Assembly (NCBI RefSeq): GCF_002113885.1
Contig: NW_018408770.1
Location: 838,458-902,457, forward strand
Origin: Mizuhopecten yessoensis
Lineage: Eukaryota
Length of the DNA stretch: 64,000 nt
Direction of reading: 5' to 3'
Shown here one piece after another: positions 1-12,518 of the stretch; the first letter of the stretch is position 1, and each line of letters begins with the position of its first letter. Both the position numbers and the translations under genes were made by a program. The notes beneath the pieces were generated by a model. It searched no databases. It was not told the origin of the DNA and worked only from the letters and a program-made list of their open reading frames with translations.

Positions 1-1179
1 CCTTGGGTGTAGAGGAACCAATTTTGTATAAACCATGGGTCTGGCCCGCCAGGGGCCTGAGAGGTGGGGCCCAATAGGGGAAATATAGCAAATTCTTTAA
101 TATCCGTCTTCTTCTTTAGGAATGAAAGGATTTGTTCCATATTTGGTCTGAAGCATCCTTGGGTGAAGGGGAACCAATTTTGTATAAACTGTGGGTCTGG
201 CCCCTCAGGGGCCTGAGGGGCGGGCCCAATAGGGGAAACATAGCAAATTATTCTTTAAAATCCTTCTTCTTCTGTAGGAATGAAAGGATTTGGTCCATAT
301 TTGGTGTGGAGCATCCTTGGGAAAAGGGGAACCAATTTTGTATAAACGGTGGGTGTGGCCCCCTTGGGACCTGAGGGGCGGGGCCCAATAGGGGAAATAG
401 AAGTAAAACCTTTATAATCCTTTTTCTACCATATGGATTGAGGGATTTTATCCTAATTTAGTCTGGAGCATCCTTGGACAAAAGTGACTCAATTTCGTAT
501 AAACAGCGAGTCCGGCCCACCTGGGGATAGAAGGGAGGGGCCCAATAGGGGAAACATAGCAAATTCTTCAAATACCTTCTTCTTGATTTGTACGAATGAA
601 AGGATTTTGTCCAAATTTGGTATGAAGCATCATTGGGTGAAGGGGAACCAATTTTGTATAAACAGTGTGTCTAACCCCCCTGGAGGCAGAGAGGCTGGGT
701 CCAATAGGGGAAATAGAGATAAAACCTTTAAAATCCTTCTTTTACCATAGGGATTTAGGGATTTTATCCTAATTTAGTCTGGAGCATCCTTGGGCCAAGA
801 GGACTCAATTTTGTATATGCAGTGGGTGTGGTTTCCCAGGGGGCAGAAGGGCGGGGGCCAATAGGAAAAATAGAGGTAAAACCTTTTAGATCCTTCTTCG
901 ACCAACAAGATTAAGGGATTTTTTTCTATATTTAGTCTGGAGCATCCTTGGACCAAGGGGTCTCAATTTTGTATAATTGGTGGGTATGACCCCCCTAGGG
1001 GCATAGGGGTGGGGCTCTGTTTGAAGTTTGTTCTCGCTATATCTCAAGTACTGGATGGATCTTTCTGAAATTTCATATGTACTTACAGCACCTACCATGG
1101 AGTGCTATATCTTTACTTCATACCAATTATTTTAAACATATTCAGGTGAGCGATACAGGCCCTCTGGGCCTCTTGTTTT
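1..1179 (+). mobile_element. 3' part of a non-autonomous Helentron/HINE (pearl/DINE-like) element with ~155-160 bp internal tandem repeats
   Basis: About six diverged ~157-bp units (aggggaaa.atag anchors near 76, 231, 390, 547, 707, 862). The element ends in caggtgagcga (1143-1153), hairpin aggccc-tct-gggcct (1157-1171) and cttgtttt, the usual HINE 3' end. The 5' end lies outside the window. Confidence 0.75.
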
Positions 1180-2154
1180 CTGATAATGAGATATCTTATG
1201 TCAGTTATAGCATGGTGTATTACACAGGTACAGGACATTAAATCTACACAACTAGGTGTTATATTACGTATACATGTAACTGCGGTAACCACTGGTGTTG
1301 GTTTTATAATGTACATGTCACCACTGGGCTGCCATGAACAGCCTTCTCGGTCACGTCATTGCTTAATTAATGGTCCCACAGCAATAGAGCATTTATTGTC
1401 AATAAAAATAATGCAGAATGCGGGATTGAAAATATATTGGTTCTGGAGTTAAAATGATGGTGTTGGTGTATGAATAAGATCAGGGATTACGTAACGACCT
1501 AATGTTGTAGTCATATTCCCATCAACTTAAATAATGAGAGCACAAAGTCGTAAAAAGTAAAAGTTCAAAAAAATTGATTTAAAGCTGATACATGTAGAAA
1601 TTCGGTGAAATGGGTTCAGAATGAGTCATAATAATTTCATTCATGTCAAAAAGATGAACTTGTTGCACCCTGGTACATATAAGGCCTGCAGTTACAAAAA
1701 AGATATGCCTGTTAAAGGTTACGTTACTTACCTAGTTTTTACTGCTGATCCTGGAGATTTTACAGACTGGTAAAGTCAAGATTTGTGCTCCATAGAATGT
1801 AAAATATTTTTGAAAAATATCAAGGTACAGGGGTTTATCAGGGTACTTTTTAGATCCATTAAAGGACCCATTCCTGATTGAAAAAGTGTATGATTTTTCT
1901 CAATTTGTCCATTAAAAATTCCTAATAGGAAAATCTTAAAAAAGTATGAATGCACAAATTAATATAAATTCCTCACAATTGACTGAGTTTTCAAAATACA
2001 GGATGATCATGATGTCATAAGACAAAAGTTGACCAGTTTAATTTCATGTATTTGAGGTCCTTATAATGATCATTAAACTTTCCCGAAATAGTTGGGTGTC
2101 CGATCGATCAATGCTTTATCAGTCTGTTTTGAGCCATTTTTACCTGCACTAATA

Positions 2155-2856
2155 TTTAGCTCACCGGCCTGAAAGCACTTTGTTGTTCATTTGTCGTCAG
2201 ACTATCAACTGTTCATTTAAAAGACTACTTTTCCAAATGGTTCAATGAATTTTGACCAAAGTTGGTTTGGAGAATTCTTGGGGCCTGTGTAGACACACAC
2301 TATCCACTCCAGCCCGAAGAGGCAGTGTGGAGGGTGACCCAGTAGGGGAAGTGGAAGGAAAACCCTTCATTCATACAGAAGGATCAGGATTTTAACCTGA
2401 TTTGGTATATAGTATACGTGGGCCAAGGGAACTTCATTCTGTATGGTGTACTCCCACCCATCCTAGCACCAAAGGGGCAGGTCCAATAAAGAAAATACAG
2501 GTAGTTATTGAAAATCCTTCTCCTTCATTAGGTGTGAAGAAATTTTAATTTAATTTGGTAAAGAACCTATCCTTGTGTCAAGGGAGCAAGGTAGGAAAAG
2601 GTACAGTGTTTGGGAATATTAATAAAGTAGAATATTATATATAAAAAGGGCCAACACAGGAATTGATACCAAATTTAGATAATAGGTAAATTGTAGACTT
2701 TTTCAAAAGACTTTAATTGCTACATTTTTGCATGTTCTCAGCTTCGATTTATTTTGCTCTGTTGGTATGCACATATAGCATAATGATACCAGTAAGTATA
2801 GAGAGTTAAGTAAAGAGTAGGTAAGTTATTCAATCCCCTTGGCCTCTTGTTTTTTT
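2155..2856 (+). mobile_element. Degenerate HINE/Helentron-like element, same family as 1-1179
   Basis: Starts tttagctcacc (inverse of the ggtgagc subterminal repeat), contains decayed units (gtccaataaagaaaatacagg...aatccttc), and ends ggcctcttgttttttt like the first copy. Confidence 0.6.
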
Positions 2857-2890
2857 AATCAGTGAATGTAAACCCACCTAAAACAGATAT

Positions 2891-3024
2891 ATAGTAACAG
2901 TCACTCTACGTCCGAGCTTTCGGGCTTAGCCCTTCATCAGGGCTTGAATGGTCCTCACCCTTATATCTCTGACCCTGATGAAGGTTTAAGCCCAAAAGCT
3001 TGGACATGGAGGGACTGTTGCTAT
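2891..3024. repeat. 52-bp imperfect inverted repeat with 30-bp spacer (probable Penelope-like pLTR relic)
   Basis: 2891-2942 is the reverse complement of 2973-3024 with a few mismatches, and each arm carries the hammerhead core. Confidence 0.8.
2905..2945 (-). ncRNA. Minimal type I hammerhead ribozyme motif (Penelope-like-element type)
   Basis: Minus strand reads cc-CUGAUGA-A-GGGC-UAA-GCCC-GAAA-GC-UC-gg. This gives a complete catalytic core, a 4-bp stem II and a palindromic AGCU mini stem III, with predicted cleavage between 2914 and 2913. Stem I is only about 2 bp in this copy. Confidence 0.6.
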
Positions 3025-3679
3025 CTATTTTGTTATGTTCCCTGTAGGAACTTTGTGATAGACATCAAAACAGATGTATAAATTTGTTTGGCCTTCTATG
3101 GATTTTCATCTTGCAATAAATCATAATAGTATCTTTATTGTTTTTCAAAAATCAATTATTTGCTTGTATTTGTGTAGTAATATCTGGAAATGATGTAATA
3201 GTACATAATGTAGTAGGAAGCTATAATCCAACTCCCTGTCTCAATAAATTCATCACCGATAAAAGATTTCAGATGAATACCTATTTCTTTTGATATAAGA
3301 TCAATACATTTTTTTTTGTTATGGATATTGGTTATTTCTAAGACAATCATTTCTGCAATCGAAATTGAAAGTTATTTGCGACACCTATACAATCAGCATT
3401 TGTGTAGTGGTAGGTTACCTAAGGTTGATCGTAATTCACTTGAGGCTGTCAGGAATCTGGTTGTAGAGGTAGATACTGTCCTGTTTTGACAGGCCTCTCT
3501 ATTTACACCCCCGTACTAAATCACAGACCCACGCCACACTGCTACTGTGTGCATATATACCTGTCTGCATTCTTATGCATAATTAATCACTGGCTACATT
3601 ATACCTTAGAATCATGTTTATTACCTTTATATCTAGTATTACTTACAGGTAAATTTCAGATCTTTTACAGTGCGACTTA

Positions 3680-5229
3680 TTTTAGGTCACCTGAGCTTTG
3701 CTCAAGTGACCTATTCTGATCATTTTCCGTCCGTCGCCATGCGTCATATGCAAACTTTTTACATTTTCAACTTCTTCTCAAGAACCAGTGGATGGAATTT
3801 TTTAAAACTTGGTCAGAATCATCCTTGGTAAATGAGGCTACGAAAATGTAAAATTGGGATTCCTATCCCAACCCCAGGGGCCAGGGTAGGCCCCAAAGGA
3901 AAAATTAAAAATTAACCAATATTTCAAAAATCTTCTTCTCCAGGCTCAGAGGTACTACAGTCAATTTCTCTGCAGCGATGAAAAGATCAAATTTTAAATG
4001 TCAGTACCCCCGGGCCATCCATTCACCCTTGGGGAGGGGGTAAAATTTACTATAGTTTACATAGGGAAATAACATTTTGGGATATATTTTGTCAATTTTC
4101 AACAGGAAATTATTCTTGCTTGGTGAGAAACATCCTTGGAGGGAGATGGTATCAAATTGTACCAATCCCAGGCGCAAGGGCGGGGCCCCAAAGGGAAAAT
4201 TAACCAATATTTCAAAAATCTTCTTCTCCAGACTCAGAGGTATTCAGTCAATTTCTCTGCATGGATGGACTGATCATCAGGGGCTTTACTTAAATTGTAA
4301 ATTTCAGTACCCCAGGGCCATCTGTTATCCCTTGGGGAGGTGGTAAATTTGACTATAGTTTATATAGGGAAATAACACTTTTGGGTATATTTTGTTTATC
4401 TTTTGTGGAAGATGGTATAACATTGTAAAATTGGAATTCCTGCCCCAATCCCAGGGGCCAGGGTGGGGCCCCATAGGGAAAATTAACCAATATTTCAAAA
4501 GTCTTCTTCTTCAGACTCAGAAGTACTACAATCAAATTCTGTGCATGGATGAACATTCCATCAGGGGCTTTATCTCTTTTTATTAATTTCATTAACCCAG
4601 GGCCATCTATTCTCTCTTGGGGAGGGGGTAAAGTTGACTTTAGTTTATATAGGGAAACAATACTTTTGGGTATATTTTGTCCATTTTCAGCAGGAAATTA
4701 TTCAAACTTGGTTGGAATGATAATGATGCCAAATAGCAATTAGATGGTATGAGAAAATAAGATTCTGCACCATTATCAGGGGCTGGAGGGGTGGAAAATG
4801 ATTAAAAGTTAAAAAAATATATTCTTCATCAGACTTAGATGTTTTACAAACAAACACTCTTCATTGATAGAACAGTCCGTAGGTGCATTATCTAAATGGT
4901 AAATTTCATTATCTCCCATGTCATCTGCTCTCATTTGGGGAGAGGGTAACATTTACTACAGTTTATATAGGGGATTAACACTTCTGATTATATCTCATTC
5001 ATTTTCAGCAAGAAATAATTCAAACTTTGTTGGAATAGTTATGATGAAATTGAAATCAAATAGTATCAGAAAGTCAGGGTCTGACCTATCCCAGGGGTTG
5101 GCCAAAGAGGAAAATTTGCTAAATAATAATAGATATTATATTTCTCAATAGCAAAATAATTTATTTAAATAGTTTTTTTCAAGTTCTTTTCCTTTGGTGA
5201 CATGACAAGTATCATATTTCACTTTGTTT
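3680..5229 (+). mobile_element. HINE/Helentron-like non-autonomous element with ~285-bp internal repeats
   Basis: 5' T-tract plus palindrome taggtcac-ctgagc-ttt-gctcaa-gtgaccta (3683-3713), then a gtccgtc microsatellite remnant. Repeats are anchored at attaaccaatatttcaaaa (3911, 4200, 4482), with a ggtgac subterminal inverse near 5195 and a ttgttt end. Confidence 0.65.
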
Positions 5230-5239
5230 ACATGTTGAT

Positions 5240-7891
5240 TTATACTATGATTATAAGGTCAATCTCAGGTCTGTCTGTCATTGATACTTGTAGAGTACCC
5301 TGGGTACTTGTTTTATACTATGATTATAAGGTCAATCTCAGGCATGTCTATCATTGATACTTGTAGAATACCCTGGGTAATTGTATTATACAATGATTAT
5401 AAGGTCAACTCAGGCCTGTCTGTCATCGATACTTGTAGAGTATTCTGGGTACTTGTTTTATACTATAATTATAAGGTCAATCTCAGGCCTGACTGTCACT
5501 GATACTTGTAGAGTATGCTGGGTACTTGTATTATACTATAATTATAAGGTCAATCTCAGGCCTGTCTGTCATCGATACTTGTAGAATACCTTGGGTACTT
5601 GTTTTATACTATGATTATAAGGTCAATCTCGGGCCTGTCTGTCAGTGATACTTGTAGAATACCCTAGGTACTTGTTTTATACTATAATTATAAGGTCAAT
5701 CTCAGGCACTATGATTATAAGGTCAATCTCAGGCCTGTCTGTCATTGATACTTGTAGAATACCCTGGGTACTTGGTTTTATACTATGATTATAAGGTCAA
5801 TCTCAGGCCTGTCTGTCATCGATACTTGTAGAATACCTTGGGTACTTGTTTTATACTATGATTATAAGGTCAATCTCAGGCATGTCTATCATTGATACTT
5901 GTAGAATACCCTGGGTAATTGTATTATACTATGATTATAAGGTCAACTCAGGCCTGTCTGTCATCGATACTTGTAGAGTATTCTGGGTACTTGTTTTATA
6001 CTATAATTATAAGGTCAATCTCAGGCCTGTCTGTCACTGATACTTGTAGAGTATGCTGGGTACTTGTATTATACTATAATTATAAGGTCAATCTCAGGCC
6101 TGTCTGTCACTGATACTTGTAGAATACCCTGGGTACTTGGTTTTATACTATAATTATAAGGTCAATCTCAGGCCTGTCTGTCATCGATACTTGTAGGATA
6201 ACCAGGGTACTTGTTTTATACTATGATTATAAGGTCAACCACAGGCCTGTCTGTCATCGATACTTGTAGAATACCTTGGGTAATTGTATTATACTATGAT
6301 TATAAGCTCAACCTCAGGCCTGTCTGTCATCGATACTTGTAGAGTATTCTGGGAACTTGTATTATACTATGATTATAAGGTCAATCTCAGACCTGTCTGT
6401 CATCGATACTTGTAGAATAACCAGGGTACTTGTTTTATACTATGATTATAAGGTCAATCTCAGACCTGTCTGTCATCGATACTTGTAGAGTATTCTGGGT
6501 ACTTGTATTATACTATGATTATAAGGTCAACCTCAGCCCTGTCTGTCATCGATACTTGTAGAGTATGCTGGGTACTTGTATTATACTATGATTATAAGGT
6601 CAATTTCAGGCCTGTCTGTCATCGATACTTGTAGGATAACCAGGGTACTTGTTTTATACTATGATTGTAAGGTCAATTTCAGGCCTGTCTGTCATCGATA
6701 CTTGTAGCATACCCTGGGTACTTGTATTATACTATAATTATAAGGTCAATCTCAGGCCTTTCTGTCAGTGGTACTTGTAGAATACCCTAGGTACTTGTTT
6801 TATATTATAATTATAAGGTCCCCCCCAGGCCTGTCTGTCACTGATACTTGGAGAATAACCAGGGTACTTGTTTTATACTATGATTATAAGGTCAATCTCA
6901 GGCCTGTCTGTCATCGATACTTGTAGAAAACCTTGGGTACTTGTTTTATACTATGATTATAAGGTCAATTTCAGGCCTGTCTGTCATCGATACTTGTAGA
7001 ATACCTTGGGTACTTGTTTTATACTATAATTATAAGGTCAATCTCAGGCCTGTCTGTCATCGATACTTGTAGAGTATTCTGGGTACTTGTATTATACTAT
7101 GATAATAAGGTCAACCTCAGCCCTGTCTGTCATCGATACTTGTAGAGTATTCTGGGGACTTGTTTTATACTATAATTATAAGCTCAATCTCAGGCCTGTC
7201 TGTCATCGATACTTGTAGAGTATTCTGGTTACTTGTATTATACTATGATAATAAGGTCAACCTCAGCCCTGTCTGTCATCGATACTTGTGGAGTATTCTG
7301 GGTACTTGTTTTATACTATGATTATAAGGTCAACCTCAGCCCTGTCTGTCATCGATACTTGTAGTATTCTGGGTACTTGTTTTATACTATGATTATAAGG
7401 TCAATTTCAGGCCTGTCTGTCATCGATACTTGTAGAATACCTTGGGTACTTGTATTATACTATAATTATAAGGTCAATTTCAGGCCTGTCTGTCATCGAT
7501 ACTTGTAGAAAACCTTGGGTACTTGTTTTATACTATGATTATAAAGTCAATCTCAGGCCTGTCTGTCACTGATACTTGTAGAATACTCTGGGTACTTGTT
7601 TTATACTATAATTATAAGGTCAATCTCAGGCCTGTCTGTCATTGATACTTGTAGAATACTCTGGGTACTTGTTTTATGCTATAATTATAAGGTCAATCTC
7701 AGGCCTATCTGTTACTGATACTTGTAGAGTATTCTGGGTACTTGTATTATACTATAATTATAAGGTCAATCTCAGGCCTGTCTGTCACTGATACTTGTAG
7801 AATACCTTGGTGGGTACTTGTTTTATACTATAATTATAAGGTCAATCTCAGGCCTGTCTGTCATCGATACTTGTAGAATACCCTGGGTACT
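5240..7891. repeat. 73-bp tandem satellite, ~36 copies
   Basis: Consensus ttatactatgattataaggtcaatctcaggcctgtctgtcatcgatacttgtagaataccctgggtacttgtt, with period 73 (5240, 5313, ...). Confidence 0.97.
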
Positions 7892-8711
7892 TTGTGTTAA
7901 TTAAGGCTATTTGGTTTATTAATGCCAGTCTGCCACTCACAGTACCATTGCTACTTGTAATCCCTTCACTGAATCAATGCCTTGTACAGTACTGCTGTGT
8001 CTGATTACACAATAACATTCGGTTAATGTAACCCCTCCCAGTCACCTGTCTAGATTGCAAGATAATTTACCACCTGAATAACGATACAGTAACAAAAGCT
8101 GTCTACCTGGCCTTGTTCTGTGCAGGCTGCTCCCTGTCATTGATACCACATACATCACTATCAAATAGGTATTGTAGAGATAAATTTTGCATCATCATAA
8201 TGTCAGATTTTTTTTGTTTACTTTTTGGTCTAGAATGTCTGGGGCGAGGGTGACTTTCTGTTTGTTTTATGTCGGTCAGGTATATACCGTATCTGATAAC
8301 AGCTTCAAAAGGAGCTTTGTAAGAGGACAGAAAAGCGAATCTTATGACAGAATTTAAATCATATTTACTTTTATGAGTGAAGTATTAGGAATTTTGAAAT
8401 TTTGACCTTTGGGTTTCAAGGTCAAGGTAAAGTTTTTGTTGTTATCAGTTATCATGTTGAGAAAGAGAGAAAGAAGCTGTTTTTTAGTTTGAAGTAACTT
8501 TCTTGTTTGACAATTGATTAGACCTGACAAAATTGATAATAATAATAGATTAACTATTTATTAATTTAACACAGCTGTATTCATTCATACTAATATGTCA
8601 GTGATCAGTTTTAAGTCGGACTAGTAGAAGAATTTTCTAGTTTGAGGGTTTGTACAATCCTATAGTGTTAGGATCTCTGACTGTTGTACACAATTGTAGT
8701 GTGACGGTATA

Positions 8712-9057
8712 ATCCTTTGACTAATAGAATCATCCCTTGCGTGTGTGACATGCAGAGAGATCTCCAACCCGAGGGTTGGAGATTTCTCTGTTAAACCCTT
8801 AAGGTAGGGGATGATTATTTTTCTCCCATCCTATAATTTCAGTCACAACTCCATCGAGAGTAGTGTAAACAAAAACACATGTGGGGTATGAATTTTGTCA
8901 TTCACTTTTGATGACGTCACAATTACCAGTGACACATTTTAATGATGTCCAATTGAACACGTGCTAATCGGCACGAGGCTATCTCCCCCTCAGGGGTGAC
9001 AAGCTGATCTTTCCCGGCTAAAATGGGAGACACACCTGTGAAGGTTGGGGGAAATCA
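8712..9057. mobile_element. Small palindrome-bearing insertion (unclassified non-autonomous element)
   Basis: Hairpin with 18-bp arms, cagagagatctccaaccc-ga-gggttggagatttctctg (8753-8790), nested inside aatcatccc (8728-8736) / gggatgatt (8808-8816). It sits between an orphan 40-mer-like unit (8661-8710) and the 40-bp array. Confidence 0.45.
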
Positions 9058-10535
9058 GGATCTCTGATTGCTACTGACTTTCAGTGTGACAGTGTTTGGA
9101 TCTGTGACTGTTATAGACTTATAGTGTGACAGTGTTGGGATCTTTGATTGTAATAGACTTACAGCATGACAGTGTTGATATCTGTGACTGTAATAGACTT
9201 ATAGTGTGACAATGTTGATATCTGTGACTTGTGTAGACTTATAGCATGACAGTGTTGGGATCTGTGACTGTAATAGACTTATAGCGTGACAGTGTTGGGA
9301 TCTGTGACTGTAATAGACTTATAGTGTGACAATGTTGATATCTGTGACTTTTGTAGACTTATAGTGTGTCAGTGTTGGGATCTGTGACTGTTGTGGACTT
9401 ATAATGTGACAGTGTTGGGATCTGTGACTGTTGTAGACTTATAGTGTGACAGTGTTGGGATCTGTGACTGTTGTAGACTTATAGTGTGACAATGTTGATA
9501 TCTGTGACTTTTGTAGACTTCTAGTGTGACAGTATTGAGATCGTTGACTGTTATAGACTTACAGCATGACAGTGTTGAGATATTTGACTGTTATAGACTT
9601 ATAGTGTGACAGTGTTGAAATCTACGACTGTTGTAGCTAGACTTATAGTGTGACAGTGTTTGAATCTGTGACTGTTGTAGACTTATAGTGTGACAGTGTT
9701 TGGATCTACGACTGTTGTAGACTTATAGCGTGACAGTGTTTGGATCTGTGACTGTTTTAGACTTATAGCATGACAGTGTTTGGATCTACGACTGTTGTAG
9801 ACTTATAGCGTGACAGTGTTTGGATCTGTGACTGTTGTAGACTTATAGTGTGACAGTGTTTGGATCTACGACTGTTGTAGACTTATAGCGTGACAGTGTT
9901 TGGATCTGTGACTGTTGTAGACTTATAGTGTGACAGTGTTTGGATCTACGACTGTTGTAGACTTATAGCGTGACAGTGTTTGGATCTGTGACTGTTGTAG
10001 ACTTATAGTGTGACAGTGTTTGGATCTACGACTGTTGTAGACTTATAGCGTGACAGTGTTTGGATCTGTGACTGTTGTAGACTTATAGTGTGACAGTGTT
10101 TGGATCTACGACTGTTGTAGACTTATAGCGTGACAGTGTTTGGATCTGTGACTGTTGTAGACTTATAGTGTGACAGTGTTTGGATCTACGACTGTTGTAG
10201 ACTTATAGCGTGACAGTGTTTGGATCTGTGACTGTTGTAGACTTATAGTGTGACAGTGTTTGGATCTACGACTGTTGTAGACTTATAGCGTGACAGTGTT
10301 TGGATCTGTGACTGTTGTAGACTTATAGTGTGACAGTGTTTGGATCTACGACTGTTGTAGACTTATAGCGTGACAGTGTTTGGATCTGTGACTGTTGTAG
10401 ACTTATAGTGTGACAGTGTTTGGATCTACGACTGTTGTAGACTTATAGCGTGACAGTGTTTGGATCTGTGACTGTTGTAGACTTATAGTGTGACAGTGTT
10501 GGGATCTACGACTGTTGTAGACCTGTAGTGTGACA
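9058..10535. repeat. 40-bp minisatellite, ~37 copies, with an 80-bp higher-order repeat at 9771-10490
   Basis: Unit tgacagtgtttggatctgtgactgttgtagacttatagtg. It is diverged at the left and strictly alternates two variants at the right. Confidence 0.97.
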
Positions 10536-11218
10536 ATACAATGCTATAGTTTCGAGACTATTATAGATAGACAGCTAGAACAGGATTTGGTGTTGGTGTA
10601 GAGGATTGCAAGTCAGTTAATGCCTCGATCCCTCTCACCTGTCATAACTACTGTACCTTAGACACTGGAGGTGTTTGTGGCCCCCACAACTATGCAGGGT
10701 GTATACTGTGCAGTCATACATAAGAAGGATTGTACTGGTTTTGTGTGAGACATCTACCTGTAAACAGCCAGGTAAGATTAACATGTAATCATACCTCAGT
10801 GAATTACTGTACATGATGGATCATGACATTTTGTCACATACTTCACCAAGCCTTATTTAACACCATTACCTTATTTTAAAACCAACTGCTCATTTGATTG
10901 ACTTGCTCTTAACATTTTGTCACCTAGTTAAACTACTCATCTTTTTATGAATGTTACAAAAATTGATTCGTTCCCTCCTCAGGTGCCACAATTTGATACA
11001 CAAGTGTAGAACCTGTTTAAAAGGAACATTGAATAAACTATATTCAATCTGTGTATTCTGGCAACCTGCCTGGTTCCCTTGATGTTCAGTTAAGACAGAT
11101 TTCACTGTATATAATGTCTTACACTGTACACATAAGGGACCGATACTTGGGAAAAACGTAATATTTACTGGTCATTATGTCAAATTTAGATCTCTTTACC
11201 ATTTACTCTGTGGTATGT

Positions 11219-11279
11219 AATTAAGGAACTTAATGTGTAGGTTAGACTAGCCCCCTTCTGTATAATATTGAAATGTTCA
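11219..11279 (+). repeat. 61-bp direct repeat, left copy
   Basis: aattaaggaacttaatgtgtaggttagactagcccccttctgtataatattgaaatgttca; one mismatch to 14372-14432. Confidence 0.97.
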
Positions 11280-12518
11280 ACTCGCGACGAACATGAGCTT
11301 ACCCAACAGTGACTGAATGTGCTGGAGAGACGCCACCTCTTTGTCTAACCAGACCACCAACAAGTCCATTATTTCCTGTAACCTGAATGATGGTACCTCT
11401 AACGTCAGGTTTTCTGTGTCAAATAGTACTCCTAAGAACACCATTCTAGTGGAGGGAGGAACAGCTTTTTCTAAAGACTCAACTAGACCACAATTGTGCA
11501 ATACTGCACCTAGGTACTCGAATGCATCCTTGCTTTTTGACTGCTCCTCGGCACCCCCGAAATCATCCAAATAATTGAGGATGTAATATCTGGCTTGTAG
11601 GCATATAAAGGAGACAGCAGAAGTGAGTCTTTGACATATATAAGCTGCAGATCTAAGACCCATGGATAAAACTCTGTCCAAATAAATTTTCCCACTCCAC
11701 ATATATCCCACAAGATGAATGTCCCCAGGATCTATAGGGATTTGACGATAGGCACGTTTGAGATCTCTCTTAAACAAATGACATCCCTTACCTTTCTCTT
11801 TGACCAGCTCAACCAGATCATCTACTCTGGGATATGTTAGATTGATGGGCTTACCCAGATATGTATCCTTGGGAATATGAGCATTGACAGACTTACCCTT
11901 TGGGAGACTGAGGTCCAGTATTATCCTTCTTTCCTTCGAGTCTCTTTTAGGTACAGAATTGAGAGGAGATAATTTAATAGGTGTACTGAGAGGATTTACC
12001 TCGAGTGGACCTAAAATGGCCTCTGCCTCCACCTCCCTTTTTAGATACTCATCCATTTGTTTTGGATAATCAATGGCTCCCTTATGATTGACTGTGATGT
12101 CCTGTGGCCCAAATTCGAAATGCTCTGTACATGCGCTTTCAGTATCATGTGGCCGAATACCTACCGGAGCATTGATATCCTCGTGAAATCCCAAAGGAAA
12201 ACCAAATTCTATCAAATCACACAATTCCTGATCCTTGTACTCGGTCAACATAGCTCGAAAATATTCTATGTTAAGTGCTGATTTTACTTGAAACCGACAC
12301 CTTTCAAAATTACACCTACCTGATTCCTGTATTTTACGATGTTGCTCTATCGGGTTTTTGGATGTGACTAACTCTGGTTCCTTACCTTCATCCGTCATAT
12401 GACTTTTGTCCTTTGCAAATTGGGGCAGAAAAAATTCAACCTCGTGTCGCTGGGGTTTGTTTACAGAGATTTCCCCTGTTCTAAAATTTGACAGAGATTT
12501 CCTACCCCCTGGGCCTAG
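11277..12518 (-). pseudogene. DIRS-type reverse transcriptase, C-terminally truncated (open frame 12518->11280; first ATG at 12398)
   Basis: Motifs SPLNSVPK, RIILDLS, FKRDLKRAYRQI, SMGLRSAAYICQR, catalytic YLDDF, FLGVLFDT and LLGKLMFVAS. The stop codon (11279-11277) is supplied by the flanking direct repeat. Confidence 0.9.

Noticed and set aside
1440-2085. Possible old TIR element
   Set aside because: The ends are only weakly complementary and I can identify no target duplication.
132-6113. Short ORFs within the HINE elements and the 73-bp satellite
   Set aside because: They are translations of tandem repeats with no recognisable domains or splice support.
5240-10535. CRISPR-like appearance of the 73- and 40-bp arrays
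   Set aside because: Units are contiguous with no unique spacers, there are no cas genes, and the context is eukaryotic.
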